From positions 14,198,001-14,262,000 of the forward strand of contig OX597832.1 of assembly GCA_951406725.2 (NCBI GenBank): 64,000 bases of DNA, written 5' to 3'. The notes beneath the pieces were generated by a model. It did no database searches and was not told where the DNA came from. It saw only the letters and a program-made list of their open reading frames with translations. This DNA is from Octopus vulgaris (Eukaryota). The position numbers and the translations under genes were made by a program. Shown here piece by piece: positions 41,467 to 55,464 of the stretch. Within the stretch, counting starts at the first letter, position 1. Each line of letters begins with the position of its first letter.

Positions 41467-41857
41467 CTAGCAGTATCGCCCGGCGTTGCTCGGGTTTGTA
41501 AGGGAAATAACTATATAAGCCGAAAGTTATAGCCGAAAAATAGCAAAAAAATGCATTAAAAATGGAAAAAAAAATGATGGTAATTTTTTTTTTAAATCGT
41601 TGACTCATCGTAGACATTTTAAAGGAGTTACTTCCCTTATATAACAGCGAAAAAATGCATTAAAATGGAAAAAAGTGATGGTAATTTTTTTAAAATCGTA
41701 GACTCATCGTAGACGCGCGCTAATACCCAGAAGGGCTCGATATGAGTCACGACTATAAGATACCCGGTTTTGGTTAAACTGCACCGCAAAATGTGGAAGT
41801 AGTTAGTAATCTAAATCGTAGGAGACAGACACACAACTTCACTTTTATATATAAAGA
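41467..41857 (-). mobile_element. Non-autonomous Helitron
   Basis: Minus strand starts TC (TCTTTATATATAAAAG) after A and ends CCCGAGCAACGCCGGG hairpin + CTAG before T. No TSD. Internal ~95-bp tandem duplication. Confidence 0.9.
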
Positions 41858-43664
41858 TATATGGTGAGCATTGTTTAAGGTTCAATGTCGATTAAAAGTT
41901 TTTATGATCAACGAAGATGGTGTTATTCTATAGATACTGAGAAAGATAAATAGTTAAGAGACTCTGTTTCCAAACGCGTGATTTTGCATTAAGCCCTATT
42001 GCATTGCAATTAAGATAATTCTTTTCAAACTTAACGTCAGGCTCACCAGTAACATGTGAGTGAATTCGGTAGACGTAAGTTGTAACGAGGCCCGTTGTAC
42101 AGAAGTAAATATACGTTCATATACAAAAGCACATATTATTATTCATGTGTGGGTGCGTTCGTAACTGTGTGTTTGTGCGCGTGGATGTATGCGTGTCTGT
42201 GTGTGCGTGCATGTTTGTATGTGTGTGTGTGTTTATGATATATATGTCTGATTAAAGGAGGATCATTTCTATCCGTTACAACCTTTACTGAAGTGCCGTA
42301 ATTTGATTTAAAGCATGTCAAGTACAAGCACAGAAGATGTCCCACGAACGCATATTACAACGCACACTACATAGTGACGAAAAATAATATTTTGTCACAG
42401 TATACATTCAGATCAAAAAAGAGTCGATGTATGTAAATATTAATTTGCTAACACTACAAGTGTCGTATCATTTAGTGAAATCTATAATTGACTGGAATAC
42501 ATTTATATATTTTTTTTTTATCGAGAATATAATGTTAGTGTTGACGATGTACGAAAATACGTAGATTTCTCAAGCTTTTTATATTATATTGCTAATGCAA
42601 ATTATGGGTATAACGTAATGTTCTATGGAATTTCATAGTAGTCATTCACAATTTTCAGAAGCCCCAGGAAGAAAGTCAAAACGCACGTACTACAGATATG
42701 ATAAAAGAATAGCAAGTTCAAACAACTTTATTGAATTATGAATGTCTATACACCTGTCCATATGTTACGCACAAATATATACATACATGCATACAAACAT
42801 ACATAGATTTCACACATAGATAACATTTTTGCTGGCGGAGGATGTCACAGTTATGCCTATATTTTAGGCACTTGTATATCTTCAAAGAGTGCATTTAAGG
42901 AGTATGGGACGCATTACGTATACTATGTTAGGTAATATACAAAATTAGACTTACATAATAACATTTTGCCTGTCAGCAGATACATAATTGCGATGTATAC
43001 AAGTACGAGAAGAGACATCATTTCGGTAAGCTAATAGCAAGACTTGAAACAATTCAGAAATTTGATGATGTTTTGAAATATATATGTTAACATGTACTTT
43101 GTTATAATTTGTTGAAGCATGATAAAAAACAGTTTCTAAAGAATCATCTAATGTTTAGAGATATTTATTCTCTTAATTATGGTATATGTTTAAATGTTAA
43201 CATGGAGTATGTTAAAATGTTAAAATGATTTCATATATTTTCTTGTTTAATATTTCTTTTTATATACATGACTCTTTATATTTGCCATCTGATAGTGTTT
43301 GTAGTTATTTTTAATTTATAGTTATTGAAATTCTTCTGAAGTATCTAGTTTTTGATTAATTATTGTTTGATGAATATAATTTGAAACACACATTGCCAGA
43401 CACTAAGTGATATGCTCAAGTGGTTAAGGTCAAACAACTACCGATATTCTGCTTCTGGAATCTAATGGAAAATAGGTCGATTGCAAAACATTGATGTCCA
43501 TGTTACAAAATTAAATTTGAAGGGAATGATATTCATTTCAATTTATACAAGCAAATGGGATACAACACCTACTGACCAAAGACAATTAATATAAATAAAT
43601 AAAAATTCTACAAAATGTTATACTTTCTATTATAGGCCTCTCGATTACGTTGTCACCTGTGATT

Positions 43665-43800
43665 TGTTGGTATTTTATTTTGTCGATTTCGAAAGGAAAA
43701 ATCAAAGTCCAACTTAAAAGAATCTGAATACAGAATATAAAGATGGAAGATATGTCACTAAGCATTTTTGTGCTCTGTGCTAACGATACTTCTTTTTCGT
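43665..43800 (-). mobile_element. Degenerate Nin/Deu-domain SINE
   Basis: TGGTATTTTATTTTGTCGATTTCGAAAGG..CAAAGTC..CTAAGCATTT..GCTAACGA. Confidence 0.55.
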
Positions 43801-44799
43801 TGACTTGTTTTCACTACAAATAATAATGACCAATAAGGAAGCGTATACATTTCGTTTTCCTAATTAATATTGAGTTTTGTTCGTTATAGATTCAAATCAA
43901 TGCCACTGGAATTTCCACAACATTCTTCGTTTCGTCTTCTTGTCTTTTGATGGGTAATACTGTCGAATTCTAGTCATCTTTAGATTCCACATTTTAGGAT
44001 CAAAACATGTAGTACAAGTCAAGCAATGGGGTCGATGTACTCAACCAGCTACGATCGGAAATCTAGGCTCTTTTTGATAATGAGTAACTGAGTATGACAA
44101 ATCAATATCATATTGATATTGTCGCAGAATTTGTAGCATTGGGAATAATTGCATTTTTGCTGACACAACCAATACGAAAGACTAAACTCGTAACTTATTA
44201 GGGCAAGGAATATTATACTTTCGCCACAATGTAATTTAGTGATGATGTAAAAGCAAGGTGGATCATGGGGACTATTTTCGACACTCTCATTTCACATTTC
44301 AAACAAATACACAAACTTAAATGATATGATAATATTTCTAAAGAATTTTAGTCGTAAGTATATATTTTGACGCATGTCTCTTAACATATATATTATATGA
44401 ATTCTTATTTTACTTACAGAATCTTCATCTCTCGTTTGAATTACTTTTACATATTTACCTGTTTTGTTTTGTTTAACAATGAGAATAACAGGGAAAACAT
44501 AATTGATAGTAAACAAATATACTTCTAAGTAAAATATATTTAATCCATTACTCGTGTTACCACATAGAAATTAATGTTGAAATTAATAATTTCTGACAAT
44601 GAAGAGACTTTATAAATGCATTGTAATGAAACTCGATATATAATCAACTTAATAGACGTAAATACTTAGCTGATATTATAATAATCAGAATAAATTTTTT
44701 TGCAACTAATTTTGTAACATATAACATGAACACACTTTCATTTGAATGCTGGGGTGTTCAATTGCATCAACACTTTTATACAGCATAGTGCCAATTCTG

Positions 44800-45058
44800 A
44801 TTTTGGCCTCAAAAATATGTGTGAGGGAGGGGATAAGGTGATTACATCGACCCCAATGTGCAACTGATATTTATTTGATATTGTCGCAGAATTTGTAGCA
44901 TTGGGAATAATTGTACTTTTGCTGACACAACCAATACGAAAGACTAAACTCGTAACAAGTCGACGTCCACAGAATTTAAATCATGAATGTGAATACGGAA
45001 GAAATGCTATTAAGCATTTTGTCCGGTATGGTCACGAGTCTGCTAGCTGACCACTATA
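44800..45058 (-). mobile_element. Nin/Deu-domain SINE interrupted by an 82-bp local copy
   Basis: GATTACATCGACCCC..CAACTG [insert 44875-44956] AAGTCGAC..GAATTT..CTGCTAGCTGACC. Confidence 0.7.
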
Positions 45059-45280
45059 AGTATTCTGATAAGAAAAGCTGATATTCATCACTATATTATT
45101 CTGAGAGTCATCCTCCTGACACTTGCCGGTTCCGGCCTGACGTAGGGCTTATAGCGTCTCTGAAAAATTAAGCCTAAGAAACACAATAATTTCTTACGGC
45201 TTTTAAAATTCTGAATTCATCTTCTTAACTGTTCTCTCCGTTTTGTCAAATAAAAATAAAGATAAAGATAAAGATAAATA

Positions 45281-45281
<1 letters not shown>

Positions 45282-45364
<83 letters not shown>

Positions 45365-45830
45365 ATAGTATTACCGAGCTGTGGTTCCTTGTAGCTCCTA
45401 TATTTTCACTGTATTGGAATTGTTTCCCGTTGGATGTGTGCGGTGCCTAGTAGTGCTATTTTCTTAATTATACATACACTTGTAAGTCCTGGTGTTTTGG
45501 GTATCTATTTGCCTTAATGGCTTTTTATCATACCCGATGCGCCTACTATGATGCGAATTGCTTCTGTTTTTATGCTCCACATTCGAGTTACCTAAATCTA
45601 TTTCCACATTTTTGCATATGTAAAAGTTTTTCCGCTTATTTTAGAGAAATATTGCCATCTGTTGGTATTGATGCATCGATTACAAAGCATTTCTTTCCTT
45701 GGTCATCTCTGACTACTATATCCGGTTTATTGGCCTTGATTTCCCTGTCTGTGTATATTGAGATATCTGAGAATACGGCTGCTTTCTCATATTACGTGAT
45801 ATTTTCCTGCAGTCACCTCAGCTACATCCT
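45282..45830 (-). mobile_element. Old R4/Dong-clade 3' fragment with (AAT)n tail
   Basis: Reverse complement matches the 13806/33597 family: DREIKANKPDIVVRD..CFVIDASIP..IVGA..KIALLGTAHI. Tail at 45282-45362. Confidence 0.85.
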
Positions 45831-46654
45831 TGAAATATCATAAGAGCAATCAGTGATGAGCAAAGAGAATAATTCAACCAAGATACCAGGAACGTGGAGA
45901 CCAATTATCAAGACCGGTGAAACACCAACGTGGTGCTGTCTTCTGCAGGTCACTGTAAAGAGACTGTCATGATGCAATTTATTCATACACAGAAGCAAAA
46001 GGAATGCCCATATCTTGAGTATCTGAAACTCTAGTTTAACAGAAATATCTATTCTAAGATATGTACTTAAATATTTGTGTAATATATCTGTTAAACAATA
46101 AAAAGTACTATTTGTTTTGTGTTAGTTTCTTATTTCAGTATTGTATTTAATGGAAAAATTGACATTTTCGGGGTGGGGGTGGAGGGATTGTTGTTTAACA
46201 AAAAACTTGACAAGATAGAAAGTTTCTGAGGGCATTTCTGAGCTTAGCACCATCAAGGTAGGTAGGATTAATTGTAAAATGGAAGAGAACTTAAACGCGT
46301 TTCGAAATTATTAACCAGTCTTGTTGGTACTACCTTGTTCACTGCTGTAAAATAAGCGTGTAGGATTGAAATATATTTCTCAGGTGTCATGTGCAATAAC
46401 GTGAACCCCATTATTATGATGGTCATCAATTTCGTAGGGTACCGGTCTGTTACTCATTTGAATCAGTTCACTCGCTATCATGCTGGAGCAACACAAGGAG
46501 TGGTTTTAGTCGAAGACATTGACCCCAGGAATTATTTCTAATGCCTGCTACTTATTCCATTGGAACTTTTTTGCCGAACCGCTAGCTACCAAGGACATAA
46601 ACAAAACAATACTTGTTGCTAAACGGTGATGGCGGGACGAACACACGTAGAAAG

Positions 46655-46731
<77 letters not shown>

Positions 46732-46838
46732 GAAATTCGGGGTGAGTACTTGATAATTATAAGCACCTGTGTATACCGTTTGGTGGTGTAGGTGGTGGAG
46801 TAAATTGATCAAAATAAAAACATGATGCGAAGGATTCA

Positions 46839-46916
46839 GCGGTACATATGTTTCGGGCCTTTATTAGACAGATTTATAACAATGCATAATGTATGTCTGT
46901 GGCCTTCTTCAGCCGC
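46839..46916 (-). ncRNA. Type I hammerhead ribozyme-like motif (mirror copy)
   Basis: Reverse complement of 47152-47229. Confidence 0.7.
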
Positions 46917-47151
46917 GCACAACAGCTTCCACAAGGACATGTGTTACATCAGAAATTCTTGGTTGGGGATGCAAATCCTCCCATTCGCGTACGACATAAT
47001 GCGGCAGCAGCATAGAATTGAAGCGTCCAAGAAAGAGATGGACGCTTCAATTCTATGCTGCTGCCGCATTATGTCGTACGCGAATGGGAGGATTTGCATC
47101 CCCAACCAAGAATTTCTGATGTAACACATGTCCTTGTGGAAGCTGTTGTGC

Positions 47152-47229
47152 GCGGCTGAAGAAGGCCACAGACATACATTATGCATTGTTATAAATCTGT
47201 CTAATAAAGGCCCGAAACATATGTACCGC
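47152..47229 (+). ncRNA. Type I hammerhead ribozyme-like motif
   Basis: GCGG-CTGAAGA-A-GGCC-ACAGA...TCTGT...GGCC-C-GAA-ACATATGT-A-CCGC. Intact CUGANGA/GAAA core, palindromic stem III, GUA triplet (predicted cut after 47225). Stem II closure is imperfect. Confidence 0.7.
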
Positions 47230-47261
47230 TGAATCCTTCGCATCATGTTTTTATTTTGATC

Positions 47262-47299
<38 letters not shown>

Positions 47300-48911
47300 G
47301 ACAGGTTATCTTTTTCCAGTTTCCATGAACTAATTCCACTCTGAAGCATTTGGTTGGGCTGACGCTACAATAGAGAATACTTGCACAAGGTTCCACAAAG
47401 TGGGACTGAAACGGAAGCTTATGGTCGTAAACCTGCGTCTATTCGAATATTTTCATAATGGTATAGATAATCAAACAGCTATGAGAAATTATATATGGGA
47501 CTTCTACTTTGCTATATCAAGTTTTATCGAATGGAATATCTTGATAGAACTGTTGCAGTCACCATATTATATACGTTAATTTTGACACAGTTGGAAAAAT
47601 ATATTCAAGTGGTTGATCTCAAGTTATTAAATTTTCGAATGACTCCTTCATGCGATCTATGAGTGAATTATATTAAGCGACATCGATATCTTACGCTGGA
47701 TAGATTACGCTGGTAGACGCAGAGACACTCTACCAGCGTATTCTTCATCAGATTATAAACAGTAATGTTGTTGAGACATGCTGAGAGTGTATCACTATGG
47801 GCCATATCGCCAGAGATATACTATATGATACAAAAAATTTCATAGTGATGTGGTCGAAATATTTCTTTTGTCATCTATGAATATTTCAGCTTAGACATTT
47901 ATCATTAGTTTTTTTTAATTGTCTCTTTTGCGGGTTCGCCTTCCGAGTTCTGCATTTTTATATATGTTAAATATGTACCAAAGTAGTGTATTGAGCATAA
48001 CCACTCGGTATAAGAAGGCGAATGAATTCCTATATAAACAAATTTAGAATTTTCATGTATACATTAATATCAAGAAAATGCATTTCAGTGATCATAAAGG
48101 AAAAAGAGAAAGACATGTATATAAAAAACTCACAATAGAATATTCAAGATAAAAAGGTACATTTTCTGAATTTGTGAAGCAAACAAACAAAATAAACCAA
48201 ACAAAACGAGGAAGTAAAAACACAAGGATAAAAAATGGGTATCATGAAACATTAAAGGACGGGATGAAAAATAATTTATTTCTTACATAATGAGAGATGA
48301 TTCCAAAATAGCTGTATGATTTATGTAGAAATGTATGTTCCTGAACAGTTTGATAGCAACCACAGCTCACATGTTTACTACAATTATAAACTGTGTTCTT
48401 CCAAAGATTTTTTATTGTATATTATACATGGATTATTGAACATGAATATCAACTACGGGTAGATGAGTTAGTCTCCATTTGTAAAGATTATATTGTAGAA
48501 TTTAAAATTTTCGGTCATATCAAAATCATATGGTTGCTCGTAAGAGATAGCGCTAGATTCGAATGATGAATGTATATTTGCATATACGTATATGTGTTTC
48601 AATGCAAATATGTACGTATGTATGTATACATATGTATCTTATTGAAAAAGCAATCGTTCTATCTATCTATCGCTCTCTCTCTCACTCTCTCTCTCTATAT
48701 ATATATAACTCTCACGCTATCTTATTACGTCTTTATATTTCTACGTACGTACATAGATGTGTTTATGGACAAGCACACACGCACACAGGCACATACATAC
48801 TCATACACATATATATGCATATGCTACATATATTTGTGTATATATATATGCAAATGTAGGAATGATAATGCGTATTACACAAGCATATACATGTAATATA
48901 AATACATATAC

Positions 48912-48964
<53 letters not shown>

Positions 48965-49358
48965 CATAGATATTTATATATACATATAAACATACATACA
49001 TGCATACGTGTGTGTATGTAATTATAATATCATAGTGATTCAAGTTGATATAAACATGTGTGTTTCCTATACCTATATGAAATTCTGATTTTGTATGTTC
49101 TTGTGTTCTCATGTGATAAAATTCTAGTTCCTAAATCATGGAAAAATTCTATTGAATATTCTAGGAATTATCATAATACCCATTGTAGTTGTGTAACAAA
49201 ACCATTAGTAAGCTTCAGGATGGCATTATGCATTGTCAGATGTCATTTTAGTCTTGCAAATTTCAATAGAAATCGCAGAATAAATCCATGTATTTCAATT
49301 ATTCCAAAGTCTAAATCTGCTGGGGATGGTGGCATCTCAGTAAAGCAATGTATGTTTG

Positions 49359-49416
<58 letters not shown>

Positions 49417-49619
49417 ATTTCTTTACGTAAGCTAATAATTAAAGTTCCATTTTCGCACAGAGATTTCTTCAAAGAAATCGCGTTGATTAACGTATAGCGC
49501 ATTTCTAGGAATTCTCTTTCAGTTATCGTAATAGGATACATGAGTACATATGCACGACCGTAAAGATGCATATATTCACACGCATACTTACAAACGAGAA
49601 GTTATATACATATATTTAT

Positions 49620-49728
49620 ATATATCTAAATATGTATGTGTGTCTCGTTGCATGTGTACATGTATGGATATATTTTGTAAGTACATTTATATATATATTC
49701 AAAAAGTCTTACAAACACATAATATTTG

Positions 49729-49786
<58 letters not shown>

Positions 49787-49792
49787 TAAATT

Positions 49793-49827
<35 letters not shown>

Positions 49828-49935
49828 AACATGTATCTGTGTCCTCGTTGCATGTGTACATGTATGGATATATTTTGCAAGTATATTTATATATATTCAC
49901 AAAGTCTTACACACACATAATATTTGTATATATGT
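49620..49935. repeat. Direct duplication of a ~115-bp unit separated by (TA)n
   Basis: CTCGTTGCATGTGTACATGTATGGATATATTTTG..AAAGTCTTACA.ACACATAATATTTGTAT at ~49645 and ~49844. Confidence 0.85.
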
Positions 49936-49972
49936 ATATATATAGGGGGTATATATATATCATTCTATGATG

Positions 49973-50008
<36 letters not shown>

Positions 50009-50097
50009 AAAGTGAGAGGGGGGAGCTAAAACCTTCTTGGAAGAGGATGCCTAGCGTTCAATCATATAATAATATGAATAATATTTCTATCTATCTA

Positions 50098-50154
<57 letters not shown>

Positions 50155-50159
<5 letters not shown>

Positions 50160-50700
50160 TAGATAAACTTAGATTAGTTTCGACCAAAGATTGGTCCAGA
50201 CCATGTCTAACTTAATAGCACCACCTAATAGGATTATTCGAATCCTGTTTAAGTCAAGTTTTGTTTATGGTCCATTTAAGTAGTGAGTTTTTGTTGGGTG
50301 AGTTGTATCCAATTATAGATGGCTTATCTGGTATTCTTTGAAGGAATCTATCCAGACTCCGTTTAAAGTTGATGGGATCCTTTTCCTCTTTGATCTCTTT
50401 CGGGACAATGTTATATAGGGCAGGGCCTGTTGAGGAAAAGAAATTATGTCGCAGTGTACATGTATGCTGTGTTCTTGAATTGGGCAGGGGACGTATGGCC
50501 CGTGGTCCCACTCTTGGATGGACCTTGTAGCTAATGTTCAGGTCATTTGGGCAAAGTTGGCGGTATATTCTCCACATCGTACAAATGATGTACATCTCAC
50601 GGCGACGCTGGAGAGAGTAGAGCTTCAAGGCTTTAAAGCGATCCGAATAATCGAGAGCAGTCATGCCTTCAATTCGTTTAGTGAGTGCCCTCTGGGGTGT
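50155..50700 (-). mobile_element. CR1/L2-group LINE 3' end, 5'-truncated, flanked by (TA)n
   Basis: QRALTKRIEGM..LDYSDRFKALKLYSLQRRRE..GPALYNIVP..FKRSLDRFLQRIPD, stop at 50254. 3' UTR GGTGGTGC..CATGGTC..GAAAC and (ATCTAAGTTT)2 tail. Confidence 0.88.
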
Positions 50701-50710
50701 ATATATATAT

Positions 50711-51300
50711 GCATATATGTGGGCACATGACGTCATGAAGCGTGTACAGCAAAAACAGTACAAAGTACGAGTACATGGAATATAAAATATGTTTTCGACA
50801 ACAAAAACCCGTGATAAACAATACAAATAATATAAAAACGACCCCTCGATAAAGCAGTTGCACCCGCAAAGCAAATTATATAAAATTTCGGATTTGACGG
50901 AGGGCAAAAATTTGTAATACAAGTAGACAGTAAAAAGAAGACGAAGGGCTGCTAGGCGTAACCGAGCTTGTAGTTGTGGTGGCGGAGCATAAATCAAGCT
51001 TGGACAGGAGACAGACAAGAATGCGTCTTCTTTGTTCCAGCTACAACGGAGAGAATGAAAGAAGCACAATTTAGGAGAAGAAAGTTAAACGACGATCCAG
51101 TGGGAGCCACGTGAGGTAGGGAGGAGGAGTGAGGAAGAGAGAGAGAGTTACAGAGTAATAATATGGAATAGTGGAAGAAGTGGAGGTAAAATAATAAGAG
51201 TGAGAAAGAGAAAAACGATAGGGCAAAACGATCGTATAGAGTGCGCATCAGAACTATTAAGATATAACTTACTACGAAGAGGATGCGGGGCATTCCATCA
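50711..51300. mobile_element. (TA)n-flanked interspersed repeat, same family as the arms at 59746-60096
   Basis: GTGGGCAC..GTCATGAAGCGTGTACAGCAAAAA..AAGTACGAGTACAT shared with the reverse complement of 60030-60096. Confidence 0.6.
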
Positions 51301-51335
51301 TATAATATATATATATATATATGTATGTATGTGTG

Positions 51336-51372
<37 letters not shown>

Positions 51373-51395
51373 ATATACAAATATGCACATATATG

Positions 51396-51456
<61 letters not shown>

Positions 51457-52643
51457 AGGAGTATGGTAAAAATATTACGGAGGATATAATTAAGATCCTT
51501 TATTAATATATCAATGGCAAAACATGTTAACTTAAAATGTAAAGAAGAAACACATTTATAATTATGAAGAAGTCACAATTATAACTAATAGGTTTTAAAA
51601 AAATAACCTCTAAATGTGAAAAATAGCAGCCGCAAGCCCTCTAAAACAAATATGTCATTCATATTATTTCTCTACACGATAAATATCTATCTTCGGGTTA
51701 CATGGGAAACAGAATCTACAATTTGAAAAAAAAGGATGTATTTCTCTACTGCAATTTCTGCGCTAGGAAACGCTTAAGGGACCCATTCGACTCGTCAGTG
51801 AAATATTCTTAGTAATATACATCATAACAAGACTTTACCTTGGTGCTAGCATGAATTATGACCGGCAATAGAAATGGCTTCCCCTTTTTCTACACAATCA
51901 AGTTTTGAATTCAAATGCAATGCACAGCGTTTAATTGAAAATATTAAAAATATTAAAATCTTAAAACACTGAAAATATTGAAAATGAGGCTAACTTGTTT
52001 AATATGCTAATAATGTCGCTTAATTAAGTATTATAAGTGAAATGCTTATTGTATACCTACTTTTGCTTTAACCAGCATATTCCAGGTATCCATATAATCA
52101 AAATGAAAGAAAATTTAATTTCATTTGTACATCTGGTATGATAAGCGTGAATCTCTAAATTCATTGTAAACGCAAGATCAAGTATTGGCGAAGATGAAAT
52201 TGCACTGATATAAATATGTTATTGTAACATACAAATAAGAAAAATTCATGCGTCACATCACTGCTGCAGCATTGAAGTGGGGACGCGAAAAACACAGAAT
52301 ATTCTCTGTGTGTGTATGTGTTGTTGAGCTGTATTGTGTGCAAGAGTGAGCTTTTGCCCGAAAGTTTAGATATAAACGTATCTAAGAAATATTAAATAAA
52401 TGCACATAAATTTCTACTGCCATGTACATCAAATGTAAACAGCCGCACAACTGGAGACGGGAACAATCACATATATAGGCATATAGGCGTGAATATCGAA
52501 TACACTTAATAACCTATTGACATATAAATGAAGTATAAACTCTCACAGAAAATTCCTCAAATTTGTATGCGTTAACATCCATGTATACGAAGAAATGTAT
52601 GTATATATCTGAATGTCACTCGCTCTCTCACATTCTCTCTCTT

Positions 52644-52691
<48 letters not shown>

Positions 52692-54049
52692 AATATCTTA
52701 TATACTTGTATATTTATACATACCTCTAATCATACACACGTGAATATATATGTACATCCCTATACACACACACATACACACACACATATATATATATATA
52801 TATACATACATGTATATATATATATATATATCTTGTCTCTATGATCTCACGTGATCATACAAATGTGTTGTGTCTCCGTGTTTTGTGTGCGTGTGTGTGT
52901 GTGTGTCTTCGTATGTGTGTCTCTCTCTCTGTATGTGTGCATATAGATGCGTGCGTGGTTTCCAATTTAAAAAAAACCTGTTTATTTTGCTTCAAAACAC
53001 ACAAATATGACATCTAAGTATAGAGACATTATTTTTCATCCATAATCCCACAGACTTACTGAATTTTGTACTTGAATGACTTCTCTGTCTACGAAACACC
53101 TTTAAGTGCATAAGACCTACGAAAAGCAAAGCATAAAAACGAACAGAATTATAAATTTTGGTTTCAAATAATACCGAGAAAATAAATCCATTTATAAAAT
53201 GAACAATTATTTAATTTTATTTTGTATGGAATTTTAATGTACTTTATATTAGAGCTTAGACTTTTCATGTCTGCATCTTATGTCTATTAGCCTATGTACT
53301 GTGACTAGCGTTGCCTTTAGGTTTTCATGTCTTTTGATGTGTATTCCAACTGATATAATTATCCTCAAATCTTTTTTCTCGTACCTAGGTTTGCATTTGA
53401 TAAACAGTTTACACATTTTAAAAGTTGAACTATTTCTCTGAACTTGAATTAGGTCTTTCTAATATTTAAGGAAGTTCTGCAGGTCAAAAGTTCATTCTTT
53501 AGATTTTATACACAAAATTGCTTGTTCGTTTCTCAATTTTCAATGATGCAGTATCCTATATAATATTTAAATGTCTTGCATCAGTCAATCTAGCAAACAT
53601 CACGCAATGATTGTGTAATGAGATACTTACATTAGGAAGCATTTCTTGAATGCAGTAAACCTAGTATATAAGCATATCCTTCGACACTCAAAATTCATGC
53701 ATATATACTTGAAACCGTATATGCATTGCTACATATATATGTGTATATATTTTGTTGCATACATATATGGCTTCGTGAATATAGGAAACAACATTACGGT
53801 GACAGGAATGGAGGAAGAGGAGCATTGACAGCAGCAAGAAGATTAGAGGAAAGGATGTATTAATATTTCTGGAGTAGCAATACGACTTGACTTCTAAAAT
53901 AAGGTCATTCTATTTAATTTACTTTTATTTTGTTAATCCTAAAATGGCTGACTGACCTGTTTCAGGCTGAAAAGACCCGAAAATATTGGGAAAGGCAGTG
54001 GGTAGTGGATAGGGAATTATATGAATGCTTTATACTTAGAAAGCTGTAT

Positions 54050-54950
54050 ATAAAGAAATGATTGTTGAAAGAAGCTACTGGCTTAAGCAACTACAAAGTG
54101 GCCTCGAAACTGCATTTTCCAGGACTCGCATGATCGCTAGAAACTTTTATCCCGAGAAAAACATCAGCACCGGATTTTGAAGCATACACAATTTGTTTAA
54201 GAACTTATTTGGGAGGAACTGCGCTAGTGATATGAAATTAAGCCCAATACTTGAATACTACTTTATAAACTAAGGGCTTTCAAAGGTTACACAAAATTTG
54301 ATTAGGTGTTCAAATAGGGAAATGCACATACATTGTGTTTCCAAAAAAGCATTGTTTCTGTTAGATTCCGCCCCGGTTCACCCAGCGATCCGATTATGTG
54401 AAGTGGAATTAGAATAAAAATTCCTTACCCCAGCCCATAATTTAAAGCATATTATAAGAAAAGTTTCAAAACAAATATGAAAATATATCATATGGCGGAT
54501 AAGATTACTGTTAGCGATTTCTGGAAGAAATTCAGCACATCGTAAGCTGTGCATACGTTAAGCTGAGTCATGGGAGGAAGTGAAACTTTCAATATTGAAA
54601 AATTTTTCGAAAAGTATATATCCAGACTATATCCGTTACCTGACAGGATTTCCTCAAGCACAATGTCTACATGAAGTTTGGAAACATTTAGTGACATTTA
54701 AAAATGAAGTAAGAGAGCAAGTTTATCTAACGAAGAGCTGATGGCTTTCGGAAAAAAAGCTGAGAAAACGGATGAGACAAAGCACTTTCCACCTACACCA
54801 CTTAAATTACTTGAACTATTATTACGAAAGTGCTGGCGTTTATAGCGGAAAGTGTGCATGTTTTCTTTTTGATATAAATGTATCTCGTGAATGTAGCACA
54901 AAAATATATACTAGGTGTGTTTAAGGAGTTCAGTTCCAATACTGAACTCA
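54050..54950 (+). mobile_element. Degenerate pogo/Tigger transposase relic
   Basis: GF*A..GG..ASDMKL.P.L (GFKA..GGNASGDMKLKP-like) at ~54170-54260, KALFLLDSAPVHP at ~54346-54385, DFWKKF..SWEEV at ~54515-54585. Confidence 0.75.
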
Positions 54951-55416
54951 TTGATGATGCAATCATAAACAACAAACAATGCTGAGGATAATGAACTATA
55001 CCATGTGAATAATATATACTTTATGTATACTATACATATCTTATAGTTAGTATATATTTCCCCACATCGTAGTAGTAATGGTCATTCCACCACCAGCGTC
55101 TCTCACACATTGTTGAATATAATTTGTAGCAAGAGCGAATCTTGCAACTACTCAAACATATTCCTCTTGAAAATACTTTTTGCTTTTATGTATAAATATT
55201 GTACCGTATATATTTAGAATTTGTAGCTTTTATCTATAAATGTCATCGTCATGTTAGTTCTCTGTCGCTTTATTATTCAACTTCTTTTTCCAAATGTCCG
55301 TTGAAATGCAATCTCATTTGATAATATTAAAATCAATAGAAAAATTAATTTTGCCTTAGTGTAGGATTGTCAGGAAGGAGTCCGCAAATGGCAGATTCCT
55401 GTATGTGTGTGTGTGC

Positions 55417-55454
<38 letters not shown>

Positions 55455-55464
<10 letters not shown>

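Larger units (their letters stand above)
46732..47265. mobile_element. Perfect palindrome, 227-bp arms (46803-47029 / 47039-47265), 9-nt loop, ~70-nt one-sided extension; inferred inverted Penelope-like pLTR pair
   Basis: Arms are exact reverse complements by eye, and the ORF track gives the same peptide on both strands. Loop AGAAAGAGA. (TA)n on both sides. Confidence 0.85.
46450..47440 (-). mobile_element. tRNA-derived SINE (same family as 38228) split by a palindromic insertion in its internal microsatellite
   Basis: 3' half at 46450-46660 (TTTAGTCGA..GACCCCAGG..GCCGAACCGCTA); 5' half at 47296-47440 (CAGTTTCC..ATTCCACTC..ACTTGCACAAGG..GTGGGACTGAA). Confidence 0.8.

Noticed and set aside
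46822-47396. Two ORFs with identical peptides on opposite strands
   Set aside because: Consequence of the perfect palindrome; no recognisable protein
50254-51069. 271-aa ORF as a host gene
   Set aside because: Chance read-through from a repeat and TA tract into a LINE RT C-terminus
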